A DNA stretch of 63,470 nucleotides, filler included, from Pelomyxa schiedti (lineage: Eukaryota > Protista > Evosea): assembly GCA_020536535.1 (NCBI GenBank). It is 12 parts of 12 records of this genome, joined end to end, with 100 filler letters (N's around TTAATTAATTAA, not from the genome) between each part and the next. Parts side by side here need not be neighbours in the genome. Positions count along the whole stretch, not along the records: positions 1 to 10,512 come from JAHLWZ010000254.1; positions 10,613 to 21,897 come from JAHLWZ010000411.1; 10 more parts are not named here. The stretch is one strand, 5' to 3'. The notes beneath the pieces were generated by a model that searched no databases, had not been told where the DNA came from, and saw nothing but the letters and a program-made list of their open reading frames with translations. How positions within the stretch are numbered: the first letter of the stretch is position 1; each line of letters opens with the position of its first letter. The position numbers and the translations under genes were made by a program. Below, one piece after another: positions 1 to 11,929 of this stretch.

Positions 1-687
1 CTGCAGAGTTCCATCGCGAACTTTGTATTTCTTGACTGTGATTCCTGCGATGTTCCCGGTACTGATGTTAGAATTCTCGGTTGTTCACTCTGGAGCGACA
101 TCAAGTAAGTCTAGCAACTCTCGTACATAAAAAAAAATACTGTCCTTAATATTAGTTACTATTCACAGGAAAAAGAATTTTACTACAGGATTAATTCCGG
201 AATTACAATTAATCAAAAGCTAACATTTATTCACAGACCCGAAGGTGGTGGAATGCTGAATGACTTTGTGTATATTCGCGGCTTCGACGTGGAAACCTAC
301 AGGCAGACATTCCTGAGGCACGCCCAGTGGCTGGAGGACCAGTGCACAGCAGCATGCGCAAGCGACAAGCAGATAGTGATACTTACCCACCACGCACCAT
401 TCACAGCGGGGCTTGTGCCAAATGTTTCATTTGGCGCCGCTCTGCTTGGGAGTGGGTGCGTGGGCAGTGACCTCCTGGGAACCAGGTTCACAACTGCGAG
501 GTTCCCTACGCTGAGGTACTGGCTGTATGGGCACACGCACCTCAACAAGAACACAACCATTGGAGGGGTGCACACACTGTCCAACCAAATGGGGTACCCT
601 CAGGACACATGGAAGTCCTGGGCACTCTCTTCCGTCCTGCCTGGCTACACAACATTCCAGCCCTCCCTCAAGATAACACTGATGTAA
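1..687 (+). CDS. Calcineurin-like metallophosphoesterase, 5'-partial, spliced
   Basis: Exon 1-104 reads ...VRILGCSLWSDI, followed by a GTAAGT donor at 105. The last exon has ILTHHAP, WLYGHTH and SNQMGYP, typical of this family. Confidence 0.8.
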
Positions 688-813
688 AAAACCAAAAACA
701 AAATACCCATCATTTTCGTTTTCGTAGCCAATAATCAATCAAAACGATTCGAATCGTTCAACGAAACAACAGTAGCAGGAGCTGAGCGCGCCACGCCCAC
801 AGAGGAGCCATAA

Positions 814-2469
814 ATGATCACAGCCAACATCAGCGACACTCACGACCGCGATGACGGGGACGACGACGGCGGCACACTGTCGTCGTCATCGTCATCACCC
901 TCCGCGGTGTCCCGGTCATCATCGTACTCCTACTCTTACTCCTCCTCGTCCCTCAGCGCAGCCACCGCCGTAGTAGATACGCAGGCCCAGGATCAAGCCG
1001 GCGATGGGGAAGCAGAACAAGCAACTACCGGCAGCGTGGTGGGGGGCACCAGTACCGGCAACACCACGGCTACCAGTAGTGGTGGTTGTGGTTCACGTGG
1101 AAGCGGGACGGCGGGGAGGGTGGTGGTGGTGAGGGGGGGTGGCAACAACAACAGGGTGTGCTGGACGTGGTGGGGAGGGGGGCGGAGCTGGTGCGGGTAC
1201 GCGGGAGGGGGGGCGTGTGTGACGGGGCACGGGGTGGTGGCATTCCTGTGCACTGTGTCTCTGCTGCTTGCTGTGCAGGTTGGCGTATCTGTAAGAATGT
1301 ATGCTACTGCTACTGTCCTGCCTGTTTCGGCTTTTCTTTTTTTTTCTTGGGACATTGACATCTTTAATTAATTATGCATATTCTAATATGGTGTTAATTT
1401 GATCAGATAATTGTATGCACTTATTGTGCTGTTATTAGGTGCTGTGATATTTGTAATTTTTTTTGGAGACACTTACAAAATATAGAAACACAAAAATAAA
1501 AAAAAATAAAAAGAATTCCTTGGATGATCATGCAATTGGAATCAAAAGTGAAATGGCTTGTTGTGATAGTGTTGGTTTTGTCTTTTCTGGCCGTTCAGAT
1601 CAGCGCGTTTTGGTGCCGATTCAGCAACCCTGGAATTGTACCTCGCTCTCCTTTCCCTCCACTCTCCAAACGTAAGAGTACGCTTGGAATCAGTGCACTG
1701 TTTAACCTTTTTTTCAGGAAAGAAAAAAATAAATGTGCACATCCTTGACTTCACGGCTACACTTAAATATTGCCGTACGTATTTTCTCAACACGAATACC
1801 ACAATAATTTACTTTCAGTTTAGGGACATGCAACATCTACAGGCCTCCAAGAGCAAGCCACTGTGCTGAATGCAACGTATGCGTTGAACGCTTTGATCAC
1901 CACTGCCCATGGTAAAATCACTCAATTTCACCTCACAAACTAAAACGCACTCCGAAGGCTTGGCAATTGCATTGGAAAAGGAAACTACAGGTTCTTTGTG
2001 AGCTTTCTTCTGAGCTCGTTCTTCTACTGTCTTCTCATACTTGTACTGTGCACTTGCATGCTGGTCAAGGCAAATCATGAATGCCGGGAACAAAAAGGCT
2101 GTTTTGAAAGTACTGAATGCTTCGTGTGCGTAGCAAAAACCACATCGGAATCGTTGATCATTCTCGCAATCGCTTTTGTGCTTTGGGGACTCATTTCCGC
2201 GCTCTGTGTTTACCACACGGTTCTTGGCTCTTGTGAATGCACCACAAACGAGGAGGTACTCAGAATCACCCCCATCGACTGGCAAACTAATAATTACCAC
2301 TCAGGTAAAAGATACCTTCAAGCACAAGAAGAATCCTTATTCAAAAGGGATTTTCCGGAACTTGTTTGCCCGTGCGTTCCCTCCAATGTACACATATTAT
2401 TCTTCAACAACTACTCCGCAACCCAAAACAACTTCTGAAAAAACACGGCTTCTCACAAGCAACGCATAA
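814..2469 (+). CDS. DHHC (zDHHC) palmitoyltransferase, multi-exon
   Basis: Spliced exons give NPGIVPR and [46 protein letters not shown], followed by TM segments, TTNE and NPYSKG. Confidence 0.9.
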
Positions 2470-2549
2470 AAACTAAAATTATATTCCCCTGTTCATTTTG
2501 TTGAATACTATTACAATGGCAATGCGCCCACAAGAAAGTGGAGAGGATT

Positions 2550-5222
2550 TCAAAATCCAAACGTAACACACAACTTGTGGACTTGGCCATGAGTCAAATT
2601 CTCAGGGTATGTGCATTCCGGAATATCATGCTGGAAGTCACCACTTAGTGCGGTTCCGTTCTTTGCCTTTTGGAAATATATGTTGGACTGTGGAAACTTA
2701 GTTATTGTATGTGGTACTTTTTCATCCACTTGGTTGCAGAGGCACCTGAAGTCGAATATCTGTTGTTGGATGTTTGTTTCAACTCCAAAGTTTCGGGCTT
2801 GTGTCTGTGTACCTTTTGTTTTCCCTTGGCATCAAGGTAAGAGATGACAAAACACCATTTGTGAAATCGGCATGTCCGGGAGAGCCTGTACAAAATGTGA
2901 CTGTTAGTACTGCGGAAATACAAGGAACGACTTACATATCAAGTTCCCTCAAACGTGGTTCAGCTATTATTAAGTTTTATGTTCAGTTGGTTTTTATTTT
3001 GGTTTTGTTTTTTTGGGTTGTCTGTCTACCTACAACAAGGTGAACGGGATCATGCCGGAAATCCCCAAACCAGTCTTCCAGTGAGGAATCGACAACACTG
3101 GTATTAGTAGTACTACTTCCTGGAGTCGGTGTGGAACCGCCGGGACACCTTTTCCCAAGAGCCGCGGTGATTGTGTCCACTAAGTCAGATATTGTTCTGT
3201 GAACGAAATTAACAGCGGTGCAGCATAGGTGCCACAAGAATTTCATCACTCCCAAGCAACCCTTCATAAATTTGCTCTGTGAGGGTGGATTATTTTTGTT
3301 CCGCCAGCCCCACGCATTCAGCAACTTGATCCCAGCTGTGGTGACATCAATGATGTGTAGTAAAAAAAGAATTTGATACACACCAAAAAGACTGGCAACT
3401 CCAAGGAGAGCTGAAATACTGGTAAACAGAGTTGCCAGGTTCGCGTGATTGCGTTGTATATCAATGCCAGTTGCGGTTACCAAGAGATTCAGAGTCAACA
3501 AACTGTCATTTTTGTGACGAGCATCATAGTGATCTTCCTGATCTGTTGTGCTTCTAGTAAATCTTGTGGTGAAACCAAGGAGGCAACGAACCATAAATCT
3601 TCCAAATGGAGGAAAGATGGTCCTCAGGTTTACCGGTGAGCATGGAGCCAATCCAACTCAACGGATAAAATCGATTGGAATCCACATAACGGTAGTGCTG
3701 AACGGAATAATCTATGCTTAGAAGATCTCCGTTTTCTTTTCCAGCAAAAAGTCAGTGAATTATGCCAATGGGTACTTGAAGGAAGCATACGGGCGCCCGC
3801 GAACCCACTCCACTTGATGTCGGGCTCAATTTGAATGGCACAACTCTTGTACCATCTGCTTGGAAAAGTACAATACGAAGTATTTACTGCCCACTGAACC
3901 TGACTGTAAACCAGATATTCAGAAACGTTCTCGGTATTCACAGTCGGGTTCAAAAAAAACTCCACTCTCGAGAATCTGAAGTGTTGTTCCTGGTGGGCTC
4001 ATTTTCTTGGATTGATTCTACACACGTGAATTCCGGTGCTCCATAATACCCGGTGAATTCCATGCAATCTGTGAGTCATTAAATGCAAAAAAAAAAAGTT
4101 GGGAAACCGTCAGGAGCACAAATATAACTGAAATCGTAAAAATGACACGGAACTCCAGGTCCACAGGTTCTCGAGAAACTGAAAGAGCATTAACACTTTG
4201 TGAGAAAGAAGTACAAAGACCTGGCAGAGCGATTGCCTTCAGGGATTGTGACAACAGAGAACTGTGTGCTGATGTAATTTGGGAGCAAATCGTTCTCCAC
4301 TCGAACGCCATATCTAGGGAAATTGTTTTCCAAGGGTACATCATAAGAATAGTCNNNNNNNNNNNNNNNNNNNNNNNNNNNNNNNNNNNNNNNNNNNNNN
4401 NNNNNNNNNNNNNNNNNNNNNNNNNNNNNNNNNNNNNNNNNNNNNNNNNNNNNNTGCCTTCAGGGATTGTGACAACAGAGAACTGTGTGCTGATGTAATT
4501 TGGGAGCAAATCGTTCTCCACTCGAACGCCATATCTAGGGAAATTGTTTTCCAAGGGTACATCATAAGAATAGTCGCCCTCCTCTTCCACTTCAATCTTT
4601 TTATTTGTATGTTATGTACTTCCATAAAAAAATAAGGAAACCCACTTGATTCACGATAACTTCGTGATTTGTGCACCAAAAGATGCATGTGGTTGGGATA
4701 GCAACAATAAGAATGAACAACAGAATTGCGAGGAGCACCCCACCAAGCTTGGTTACATACAGTTCATTGGCATCCTCTGACTGGTGTGTTCTTGTGTCAT
4801 ACGCTCCGCTGAATCAGAAGTAAGCAAGTAACATTTGTGATATTCAACTTATCATTCTTATAATTAAACAAATCGGAGAAGACACACCAATCATAGATTG
4901 TTGGTGTGTGCATGGCGAAGTGGGAGCGGGTATAGAAAAAGTGCATTTCGAAGCTCTTAGGTAATAATAATAATTAATAACCCACCCACAGAAAGGAGAC
5001 TCACGGAAGGTTGCGAAACATCCTGTGGACTTGGTCAGTCAGAGGTAACCTCATGACACTTGCACTAGATACTGCTGCCCCACACGAAGCAGGCCCATTC
5101 CCACGCGCAATCAATTCTATATCAATGCTGCTGCTATCACCAGGTGTCACCTTAGAATTGTTGTGTTGTTGTGGTGGTGGGGGTGAAACAAGCAGTGTGT
5201 AGCAGTCACCCTTGGAGCTCAT
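2550..5222 (-). CDS. Hypothetical multi-exon membrane protein (two hydrophobic segments flanking a Cys-containing loop)
   Basis: Minus-strand exons can be chained with GT-AG introns from MSSKGDCY to HKLCVTFGF*. TM-like segments are WWGVLLAILLFILIVAI and LFTSISALLGVASLFGV. No family recognised. Confidence 0.45.
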
Positions 5223-5329
5223 GTTGACGATGCCCAGAAATAGAAAGTAATAGGTGGGTGTAGTTTTGGGGGGTGTACCGCAGAGGGGGAAATGATTGAT
5301 GGATCGGCTGTTCGAAAAGCGATAATGGT

Positions 5330-5589
5330 TTCGGAAAACGGAACAGAAAGGGGAATGTCTGCAACAACCATTCCCTATTTGCCTGGGGTAGTGGCATCGA
5401 AAGCGATTAGACTAACAAACATCAACACATTCCCTATTTGCCTAAGGGTTGTCGCATCAACAAAACAGACATAAAACAAATCCAACGAATTTGATTGCAG
5501 AATGTGATGTCCAACCGGTGAGAATGCCCACTGTGAAGCATTCTGTGGTACTCACCAACCAACTCCCGCCATTGATGGAGGTTGTTGGC
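5330..5589 (-). ncRNA. Candidate structured ncRNA downstream of a DUSE-like element
   Basis: CACCATAA (5653-5646, minus) lies 64 nt before a strong hairpin GCCAACAACCUCC...GGGAGUUGGUUGGU. Further hairpins and a duplicated 16-mer follow. The 3' end is uncertain. Confidence 0.4.
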
Positions 5590-5796
5590 AACTCCGATCC
5601 GGAACAGATCAGATCCCATCAAAATCATTTGTCATCGGGTAATTTTTATGGTGAACCGTCACAGCGACACGCAAAAACGACGCCTGTGCAATAATTACAA
5701 CCTCCCATGAGCTTTTAAAACCGTAAGTACAAAACGACCGCAGTATAAAAATAAAAAGCAAACGAAAAACACCAAGACAAAATCAAAACCAAACAA

Positions 5797-7446
5797 ATGA
5801 GCAGCAATAACAGCGAGGAGGCTGAGACCATCAAGGCATACGTCCGGGAGTCCTACTCCCAAGTGGCACTGCAGGGAAGTGCTGCCATCAGTGGAGACGC
5901 ACCCACGCCGGTTGCCACGTCATCCCTGTCACTTTCCACGTCACTGCGTGCAACTGCAGCTGACAGGGAACGCCTCGCACGTGCATTTGGATACAGTGTA
6001 GAGGAGCTTGAGTCGATTCCAAGGGGTGCAAATCTCGGTGCATCGTGTGGGAATCCAACATCAGTGGCAAACATCAAGCCCGGTGAAGGTATGCCAACAC
6101 CCAATATTCTTCTTGATTCAAAATTAAGAAATACTTACTGAACCATGAGAATAGAAAACAAACACCTCACCTAACCTCGTGTTTCAGTTGTTGTGGACTT
6201 GGGATCAGGTGGTGGAATTGACTGTTTCCTGGCGGCAAAGAAAGTTGGCCCAACTGGCCGTGTGATAGGCTTGGACATGACCCGTATGTATTTCTTCCAA
6301 CAAAACCAAACAAACCAAACCAACACTTGTCTTCTTGACCCAATTGAACTCACTCATATTGTACCATAACTCATCATCATATCACAGCGGCGATGGTGGA
6401 GCTTGCGAAAAACAACGCTGTCCAGCAAGGGATTTCCAACGTTGAGTTCAGGCTCGGTGAAATCGAGAACATGCCGATTGAGTCCAACTCTGTGGATGTT
6501 GTGATCAGCAACTGTGTGATAAACCTTGTTCCGAACAAACTCAAGGTATGGAATGCCTTTTTAAATTTAGAATAAAATAAATTATACAACAAAATTAATT
6601 AGGAGAATATTATAAATTCAACACAGCATAGTACTTATCGATCAGAAATAATAATAATCCGATTACATTCCATCCAACCTTACAACACCCACAGGCCATG
6701 AGTGAAATATTCAGGATCCTGAAGCCAGGCGGGAGGTTGTCAATCAGCGACGTTGCACTCAAGCAACCACTCCCAGAGTGCCTGAGGGGAAATCTGGCAG
6801 TGATCGCCTCGTGCGTTGGCAGTGCCATGCTCATTGATGATTATCTTGCCAAACTCAACGCCAGCGGATTCACCAATTCCATGGTGGTTGATTCCGGAGT
6901 ATGTGCTGTATACCATTCCTCCTCAACGCACTCACTCATTTTTAGGCTGACTTGAATGTCTGGAAGAAGGCGTTTCAGGGCCAGGGGAGCCCATGCGGCT
7001 GCTCATCATCATCGGCAACACCCACCACAACCACCTGTGGTGGAGGAGGTAGCAGCAGTGGAATCTCTTGCTGTGGCAGCACCGGCAGTGTGACCCCCAC
7101 AGCGTCATCATCCTGCGGAGGAGGAGGCACGAGTGGCGGATTATTCTCTTGCTGTGGAAGCAGTCCGACTTCCACAAAAACATCAGCACCCACAGCAACA
7201 CCATCATCCTGTGGAGGAGGAGCCGCAAGTGGAGGGTTGTTCTCTTGTTGTGGTGGAGGGGGTGGCTGCAGCAGCAACGCGGAAATCCCAAGCACTCCTG
7301 ACCAAGGTACATGTCTCTATCAACACACACCCTTTTTCTCACACCCCATGGAAGGATCGCGATCAGCTGAACTGTCTGCTGTTTTGGGATCCATGGATAT
7401 CAACTCTTTCATTGCAAGTGTCAAAGTCTATGCCCTCAAGCTGTAG
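5797..7446 (+). CDS. arsM: Arsenite S-adenosylmethionine methyltransferase with a Cys/Gly-rich repeat insert; 5 exons
   Basis: [68 protein letters not shown], and C-terminal ASVKVYALK. Confidence 0.9.
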
Positions 7447-7522
7447 TGATTTGCAGTGCAAAACTGAAAGTTGAAAAAAATTTCGTCACCCAAACAATTA
7501 CCAGAAATATTTCGTAACATGC

Positions 7523-8726
7523 ATGCAACAATCAACACAATTCACTCGCGACCTTATCAGCCCGATACACTGTGGTGAGCGACCCTTGGGGATGGACGGG
7601 ATAATAACAGTGGTGGCGATTCACAGCCACATGGATGCGAGGAGCCAATTCATCGCCATCGGAGCTGGCGTAATTGTGGGACGGTGCGGTGGCACCAGCC
7701 CGATATCAACTCTCACGCCCTCTCTGCTGTCCCAACTTGGCCGCGACTGGGTCGCGACTCCCCGGTCGAAAGCGGACGTCGTAGTCATCGACTTCGTGCA
7801 CCCACTCGTGACAGACTCCCACAAGTACGTCTCGTTCGCGTTGTCGCCAACCCTGGGGGTCGTCGGAACCTGCCGTCGATTCGTTCCGCCGAACCGAGGC
7901 CGAAAATGGGAGGGAATTCCACGGGTGGGTTGGCCCCGAATCCGCCGGCAAGAGGTTCGCCGTGACGTCAGTGCCTAAAAGTGGCCTGGCTGAAGTCATT
8001 GACACCGAAAGACCTGGCTGGTGTGTTGTGGCAACACTCTCCAGCTCGAATTACAGCAAGTTCAGCATCAGCAGAAGGTGGGGTGTGGTGATGCCAGTGA
8101 GGTGGGGCCACGCTGTTACACTGTGGGACTTTGGTTCAATTGGCAGCGGTGGGGAGGTTGCCTCGGTTACCGAGATTTCTCTGCCTTGGGATGTGGACAA
8201 CATGGCCTTTGATGGTGACTGCTCCCTTGTGGTTGCGAAGAGCAATGTGGGAGTGATGGTTGTTGACCTGCAGGCCACGATGGAACAACGGAAGCTGGTT
8301 GGGAGAGACGTGCCTTTATGCATCGAGATGGGCCGCTACATCAGGGAAATGTGGTGCTGGAAGGGAATGGCGTACGCAACAGCAACTCGGGAAGAGGGGT
8401 TCTTGTTCTGCCTGACAACTGGCCAGAAGATCGAGCTGACCGAGATAGGAGGAAAAGTATTGCCGATCGGTGGTGAATTCTTTGTGAACAGCAAGGAAGC
8501 TGAGACAGATCTTGTGACAGCGATGAGGGTGTTCAGTGTGAGGGATCCAACGCAGTTGTGTTGCACACACGGGGTGGGACGCATGTGCTCTTTGCACGCT
8601 GGGCACGGAGTGGTGGCAAGGGAGAGCTACGGGGGGCCAATGGAGGTTCAGGTGGTGGATGCTGCCTCTGGAATTCCCATTTTAACAATCACACCTGAGT
8701 TGGGCCTTGTGGACAGGGTGTTTTAA
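7523..8726 (+). pseudogene. Intronless orphan 'AR(D/E/S)Q..RCG..SP' family member, frameshifted near 7870
   Basis: ARSQFIA, RCGGTSP, LGRDWV and LSPTLGVV lie in one frame. The continuation PAVDSF...FHGWVGP and the C-terminal half lie in another frame. Confidence 0.55.
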
Positions 8727-8783
8727 CACATGAAAGTGTTTTCTTCTTGTTTCCTTTCATCACTGTTTTTTCTTTTTCAAACA

Positions 8784-10112
8784 TCACACAGAAGACACAA
8801 CTGATAACGTGAGGATATTCCACAAGGGGAATGAAAGAGCAAGTGTGATGACCTGTGGAAAGTTTCCTTCAAAAATTGTGGTGCAACACTTGGCAGGCTC
8901 AGTGTGAAACAGGAAACCCAATGCACCACTGACTTGCGGTTTCCAACAATACTCATCACCATCCTCTCTGGTTTTGGAGCTTGTGGGCATCTTAACGAAT
9001 TTCATTGGCTTGGTTATTTTGTTGTTGCAATCCCAGACGGGCACATTCCAATCCCCCTGAGATCTTTCTTCATCACAGAAGTATTGGGAGTCACTGAGAG
9101 GGCAATAAGAACGGCAGGGAAGCTTCCTTGCAACACCTGTTGTTTCTTCCACTTCAAAGGAGTGGGGTCCCAGTTCAGTAATGAAGTACACGCTGCCATC
9201 ATTCCTCCTCATTGCGAACACTGATGATAAACTCGGGAATCCAGTCAAGTCAATAAGGCAATGTGTGACGCTCAGAAGCCTCAGAGTGCCACTCGTGTGT
9301 GTGCCCTCAACATCGATAATGAGGAAAGAGGGGGCTGTTTCCCTTGTACGGAACACTGCCATCAGCAAATGGTCAGGCCTTGATGGCATGAATTTCAAGT
9401 CACTTACATACTGTGGAAGTGTAACAGTGGTAGTGACGCCTCTTCCTTCACGGAACAGAACCTCACCATATTCCAAGACACTCTGCTGAATGAGCACATT
9501 CAAACGAACAGTGAGCATCACAACTTCCCGGTTGGTACCATCGTCGTCACCTCCGCCACCAGGAACCGGCTGGTCGCCACACCTCACCAGCCACTTCCCA
9601 TTGACAGCCTCACAGAGCCCGCTGAACCCCACCGGGTCCTCAGCAACCCTCCCAATCCTCGCCCCTGTGACCCCGTCGCAGATGTACCAGCACCCAGGGC
9701 GACTGCAGTATCCCCCGTCCATTGCCCAGCAGTCCGCCTCACCCTCGCCCCGGCCCTCCTCCATGTTCAGCAGCGCCCTGTCGTCCACCCAGTAGCACAA
9801 GCTGCCCGCCGTCGGCGCCACCCTGCCCTCCACATCCCCCATGGCGCTCCCCAGCACCCGCGAGACCCTCACGCACAGGTACACCTGCTCCGCTGGGCCC
9901 CAGTCCCGCTGCTGCTGCTGCTCCTGGCCGGGTAACCTGCACCGCTTGCCCATGGCGTGCAGCACGAACGTGGCGGAGGTCTCCCTCACCAAGTCCCAGA
10001 CAGCTCGGCCCACGACGTGGTGGGCATGTGCCAGTGCGCGCAGTTGGTCCCGCGCGCGTATCATCGACGTCACCACGTACAAGTCGTTGGTGTCACTGCT
10101 GCCGCCCCACAT
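8784..10112 (-). CDS. Intronless orphan family member (~440 aa)
   Basis: ARDQLRAL, NGKWLV, IIDVEGTHTSGTLRLLSVTHC and VWDCNN are shared with the other copies. Likely ATG at 10112. Confidence 0.7.
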   Translation of the reverse strand: MWGGSSDTNDLYVVTSMIRARDQLRALAHAHHVVGRAVWDLVRETSATFVLHAMGKRCRLPGQEQQQQRDWGPAEQVYLCVRVSRVLGSAMGDVEGRVAPTAGSLCYWVDDRALLNMEEGRGEGEADCWAMDGGYCSRPGCWYICDGVTGARIGRVAEDPVGFSGLCEAVNGKWLVRCGDQPVPGGGGDDDGTNREVVMLTVRLNVLIQQSVLEYGEVLFREGRGVTTTVTLPQYVSDLKFMPSRPDHLLMAVFRTRETAPSFLIIDVEGTHTSGTLRLLSVTHCLIDLTGFPSLSSVFAMRRNDGSVYFITELGPHSFEVEETTGVARKLPCRSYCPLSDSQYFCDEERSQGDWNVPVWDCNNKITKPMKFVKMPTSSKTREDGDEYCWKPQVSGALGFLFHTEPAKCCTTIFEGNFPQVITLALSFPLWNILTLSVVSSV

Positions 10113-10171
10113 CGTCGTTTTTCTTCGAATTTGATGTGCCCCGAGATTTAAAGAAAAAACTTCGGCCTCCG

Positions 10172-10512
10172 ATGACGAGCGGCGGCGATCTCCCGACGTT
10201 GGTGTACCCAGCACCGTCGGTAACGACTACGCCCACAGCCACTGCCCAAGGCCAGTGCGCAGCCCTCGCCGCGGCGTCGGCGTGTCGCCGCTGCGGGCAG
10301 GCGAGCCCCGCCGGGCTCCTCACGCCCCCGCTGCTCGCCCTCATCTGCAAGCGCCACGTCCTCCCCGCGTGCAAGGCCCTCGCGGTCCACTTCAGCTGCA
10401 CCACGGACCCCTTCGCCCGCGACACCCACGGCGTCGACGTCGTCGTGGGGGTGTCCCCGACCCTCGGGATCGTCGACCCGCCCACAATTGTTTCGCGGCG
10501 GAGCGAAATGTG
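10172..10512 (+). CDS. Orphan family member, N-terminal fragment (contig end)
   Basis: AQGQCAAL, RRCGQASPA and VGVSPTLGIV. Confidence 0.6.
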
Positions 10513-10612
10513 NNNNNNNNNNNNNNNNNNNNNNNNNNNNNNNNNNNNNNNNNNNNTTAATTAATTAANNNNNNNNNNNNNNNNNNNNNNNNNNNNNNNN
10601 NNNNNNNNNNNN
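10513..10612. other. Artificial contig linker N44-TTAATTAATTAA-N44; also at 21898, 26746, 28099, 29471, 41911, 43514, 46858, 48464, 51505 and 53392 (each 100 nt)
   Basis: An identical 100-nt spacer with stops in all six frames occurs 11 times. Confidence 0.97.
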
Positions 10613-10629
10613 AAAAAAAAAAAATCAAC

Positions 10630-11841
10630 ATGCTATTGCAGGCTTCGGTGCACCGATTTTCACAAGGAGTGAATGTGTCGAATGCGCAGCGTGCACTAGA
10701 ACAACTTCTCGCACTTGTGATGGCGTCCCACCATCGGTGTGGCGCGTCGAGCCCGGCACACCACTTTGCGTCCCTTCCACCACTCGCAACAGCGCCATTA
10801 TGGGACTGGTGCCTCCGAGACACCGAGGTTTTGTTTGGTCTGTACGCGCGGCCCCCTTCTGCTTCCGTGAATTACTACTACACCTTTGGGGTGTCAGCAT
10901 CCTTGATGAGCCTAACCACCAGGAACATCAGCTGCCATGGAAACTGGCCCCTGTGGGTGACTGACCCAATCCACGGTGATCCCACCCACTTGGTTATAAC
11001 ACAACAGGCAATGTGCGGTCATGAGGTCTTGCTACTCAACGTGGCGACTAAGGAGAAGAGGTTGATTTTTTCTAACAGAACCCAGCCTTCATATCACCGT
11101 GCAAATCACAAGTGGTGGCTGGACTATGGGCATGTAAGTGGGACGTTGGTTATTGTAAGCTTGCTGCAGCAAGAAACAGCTCAGTTTGTTGGTCATGCAC
11201 AGGTCAACATTCTTGAGTGTGACACAACCCTCAAAGCGAAAAGTGACTTATTTTCAGCTTGCATGGGAATCATATTTAACAAACAAGCACCAGATGAGGC
11301 ACTTTTCATGTTGTCCGCGAGCTATGAAATCTTCCTTCTTGTGATTGATGTCAAAAAGACATTTACAACAGGGACCGTTGCGACCTTGAGCATGACACAA
11401 TGCCTATTCCCCAAAGACATCTCTCGGTTGCATCCCTCCAGCCTCCTGATGAATAAACTCAATGGTGAGCATGTCTTTATTTGCTACACTGGCGACTCTG
11501 TGTTTGAAGTTGCAGAAAGAGTGGGAACGTGCAAGCTTATTTCCAGCAAAGTGCAGAGCTTGTCACAGCTGAGCTCTTCCTTGTTTTGCACCCTGAATGC
11601 TGATTATGGTACAGTTGCGATATGGGACTGCAACAATGCCCGTGGGGCATCAAGACCACTGAGGGTTTTGCAAGCCACACCTGCTATCAAAGCCAACAAT
11701 GTGGTTGCACAATCAGGATTTATCTTCCACAACAGGCCAAGAACCAAACAAGCCATTGAGGTGACAGACTCGACTGGCTTCCTCATTGGCGTGATCAATT
11801 TTCCCGTGGTCCCTGATTATTTCTCCGTGAACTCTTCCTGA
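10630..11841 (+). CDS. Intronless orphan family member (403 aa)
   Basis: ALEQLLAL, HHRCGASSPA, FGVSASL, NHKWWL, VIDVKKTF...TQC, QLSSSLF and IWDCNN. Confidence 0.75.
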   Translation: MLLQASVHRFSQGVNVSNAQRALEQLLALVMASHHRCGASSPAHHFASLPPLATAPLWDWCLRDTEVLFGLYARPPSASVNYYYTFGVSASLMSLTTRNISCHGNWPLWVTDPIHGDPTHLVITQQAMCGHEVLLLNVATKEKRLIFSNRTQPSYHRANHKWWLDYGHVSGTLVIVSLLQQETAQFVGHAQVNILECDTTLKAKSDLFSACMGIIFNKQAPDEALFMLSASYEIFLLVIDVKKTFTTGTVATLSMTQCLFPKDISRLHPSSLLMNKLNGEHVFICYTGDSVFEVAERVGTCKLISSKVQSLSQLSSSLFCTLNADYGTVAIWDCNNARGASRPLRVLQATPAIKANNVVAQSGFIFHNRPRTKQAIEVTDSTGFLIGVINFPVVPDYFSVNSS

Positions 11842-11866
11842 GTTTCATAACAACGCACTTTTACCC

Positions 11867-11874
11867 TCCCATAA
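11867..11874 (+). promoter_or_regulatory. DUSE-like ncRNA promoter element TCCCATAA
   Basis: Matches WCCCAYAA and lies 63 nt before a structured sequence, the same spacing as at the U1 genes. Confidence 0.55.
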
Positions 11875-11929
11875 CATGCAATCCGGAAATTCAGCCGGTT
11901 TCCTCAAGGGTTTTTTTTTTCAGATTCCA

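Noticed and set aside
4234-4574. ~120-bp direct repeats flanking 100-N gaps (also about 23200-23542 and 40130-40470)
   Set aside because: Their constant k-mer-like length beside scaffold gaps indicates assembly overlap artefacts.
9722-10171. Long antisense and alternative-frame ORFs in GC-rich regions (also 42798-43561 and 49802-50521)
   Set aside because: Shadow ORFs of better-supported genes.
10513-10612. Recurring TTAATTAATTAA inside N-runs as a biological repeat or CRISPR-like array
   Set aside because: It is a synthetic six-frame-stop contig linker. Gene neighbourhoods across it are meaningless.
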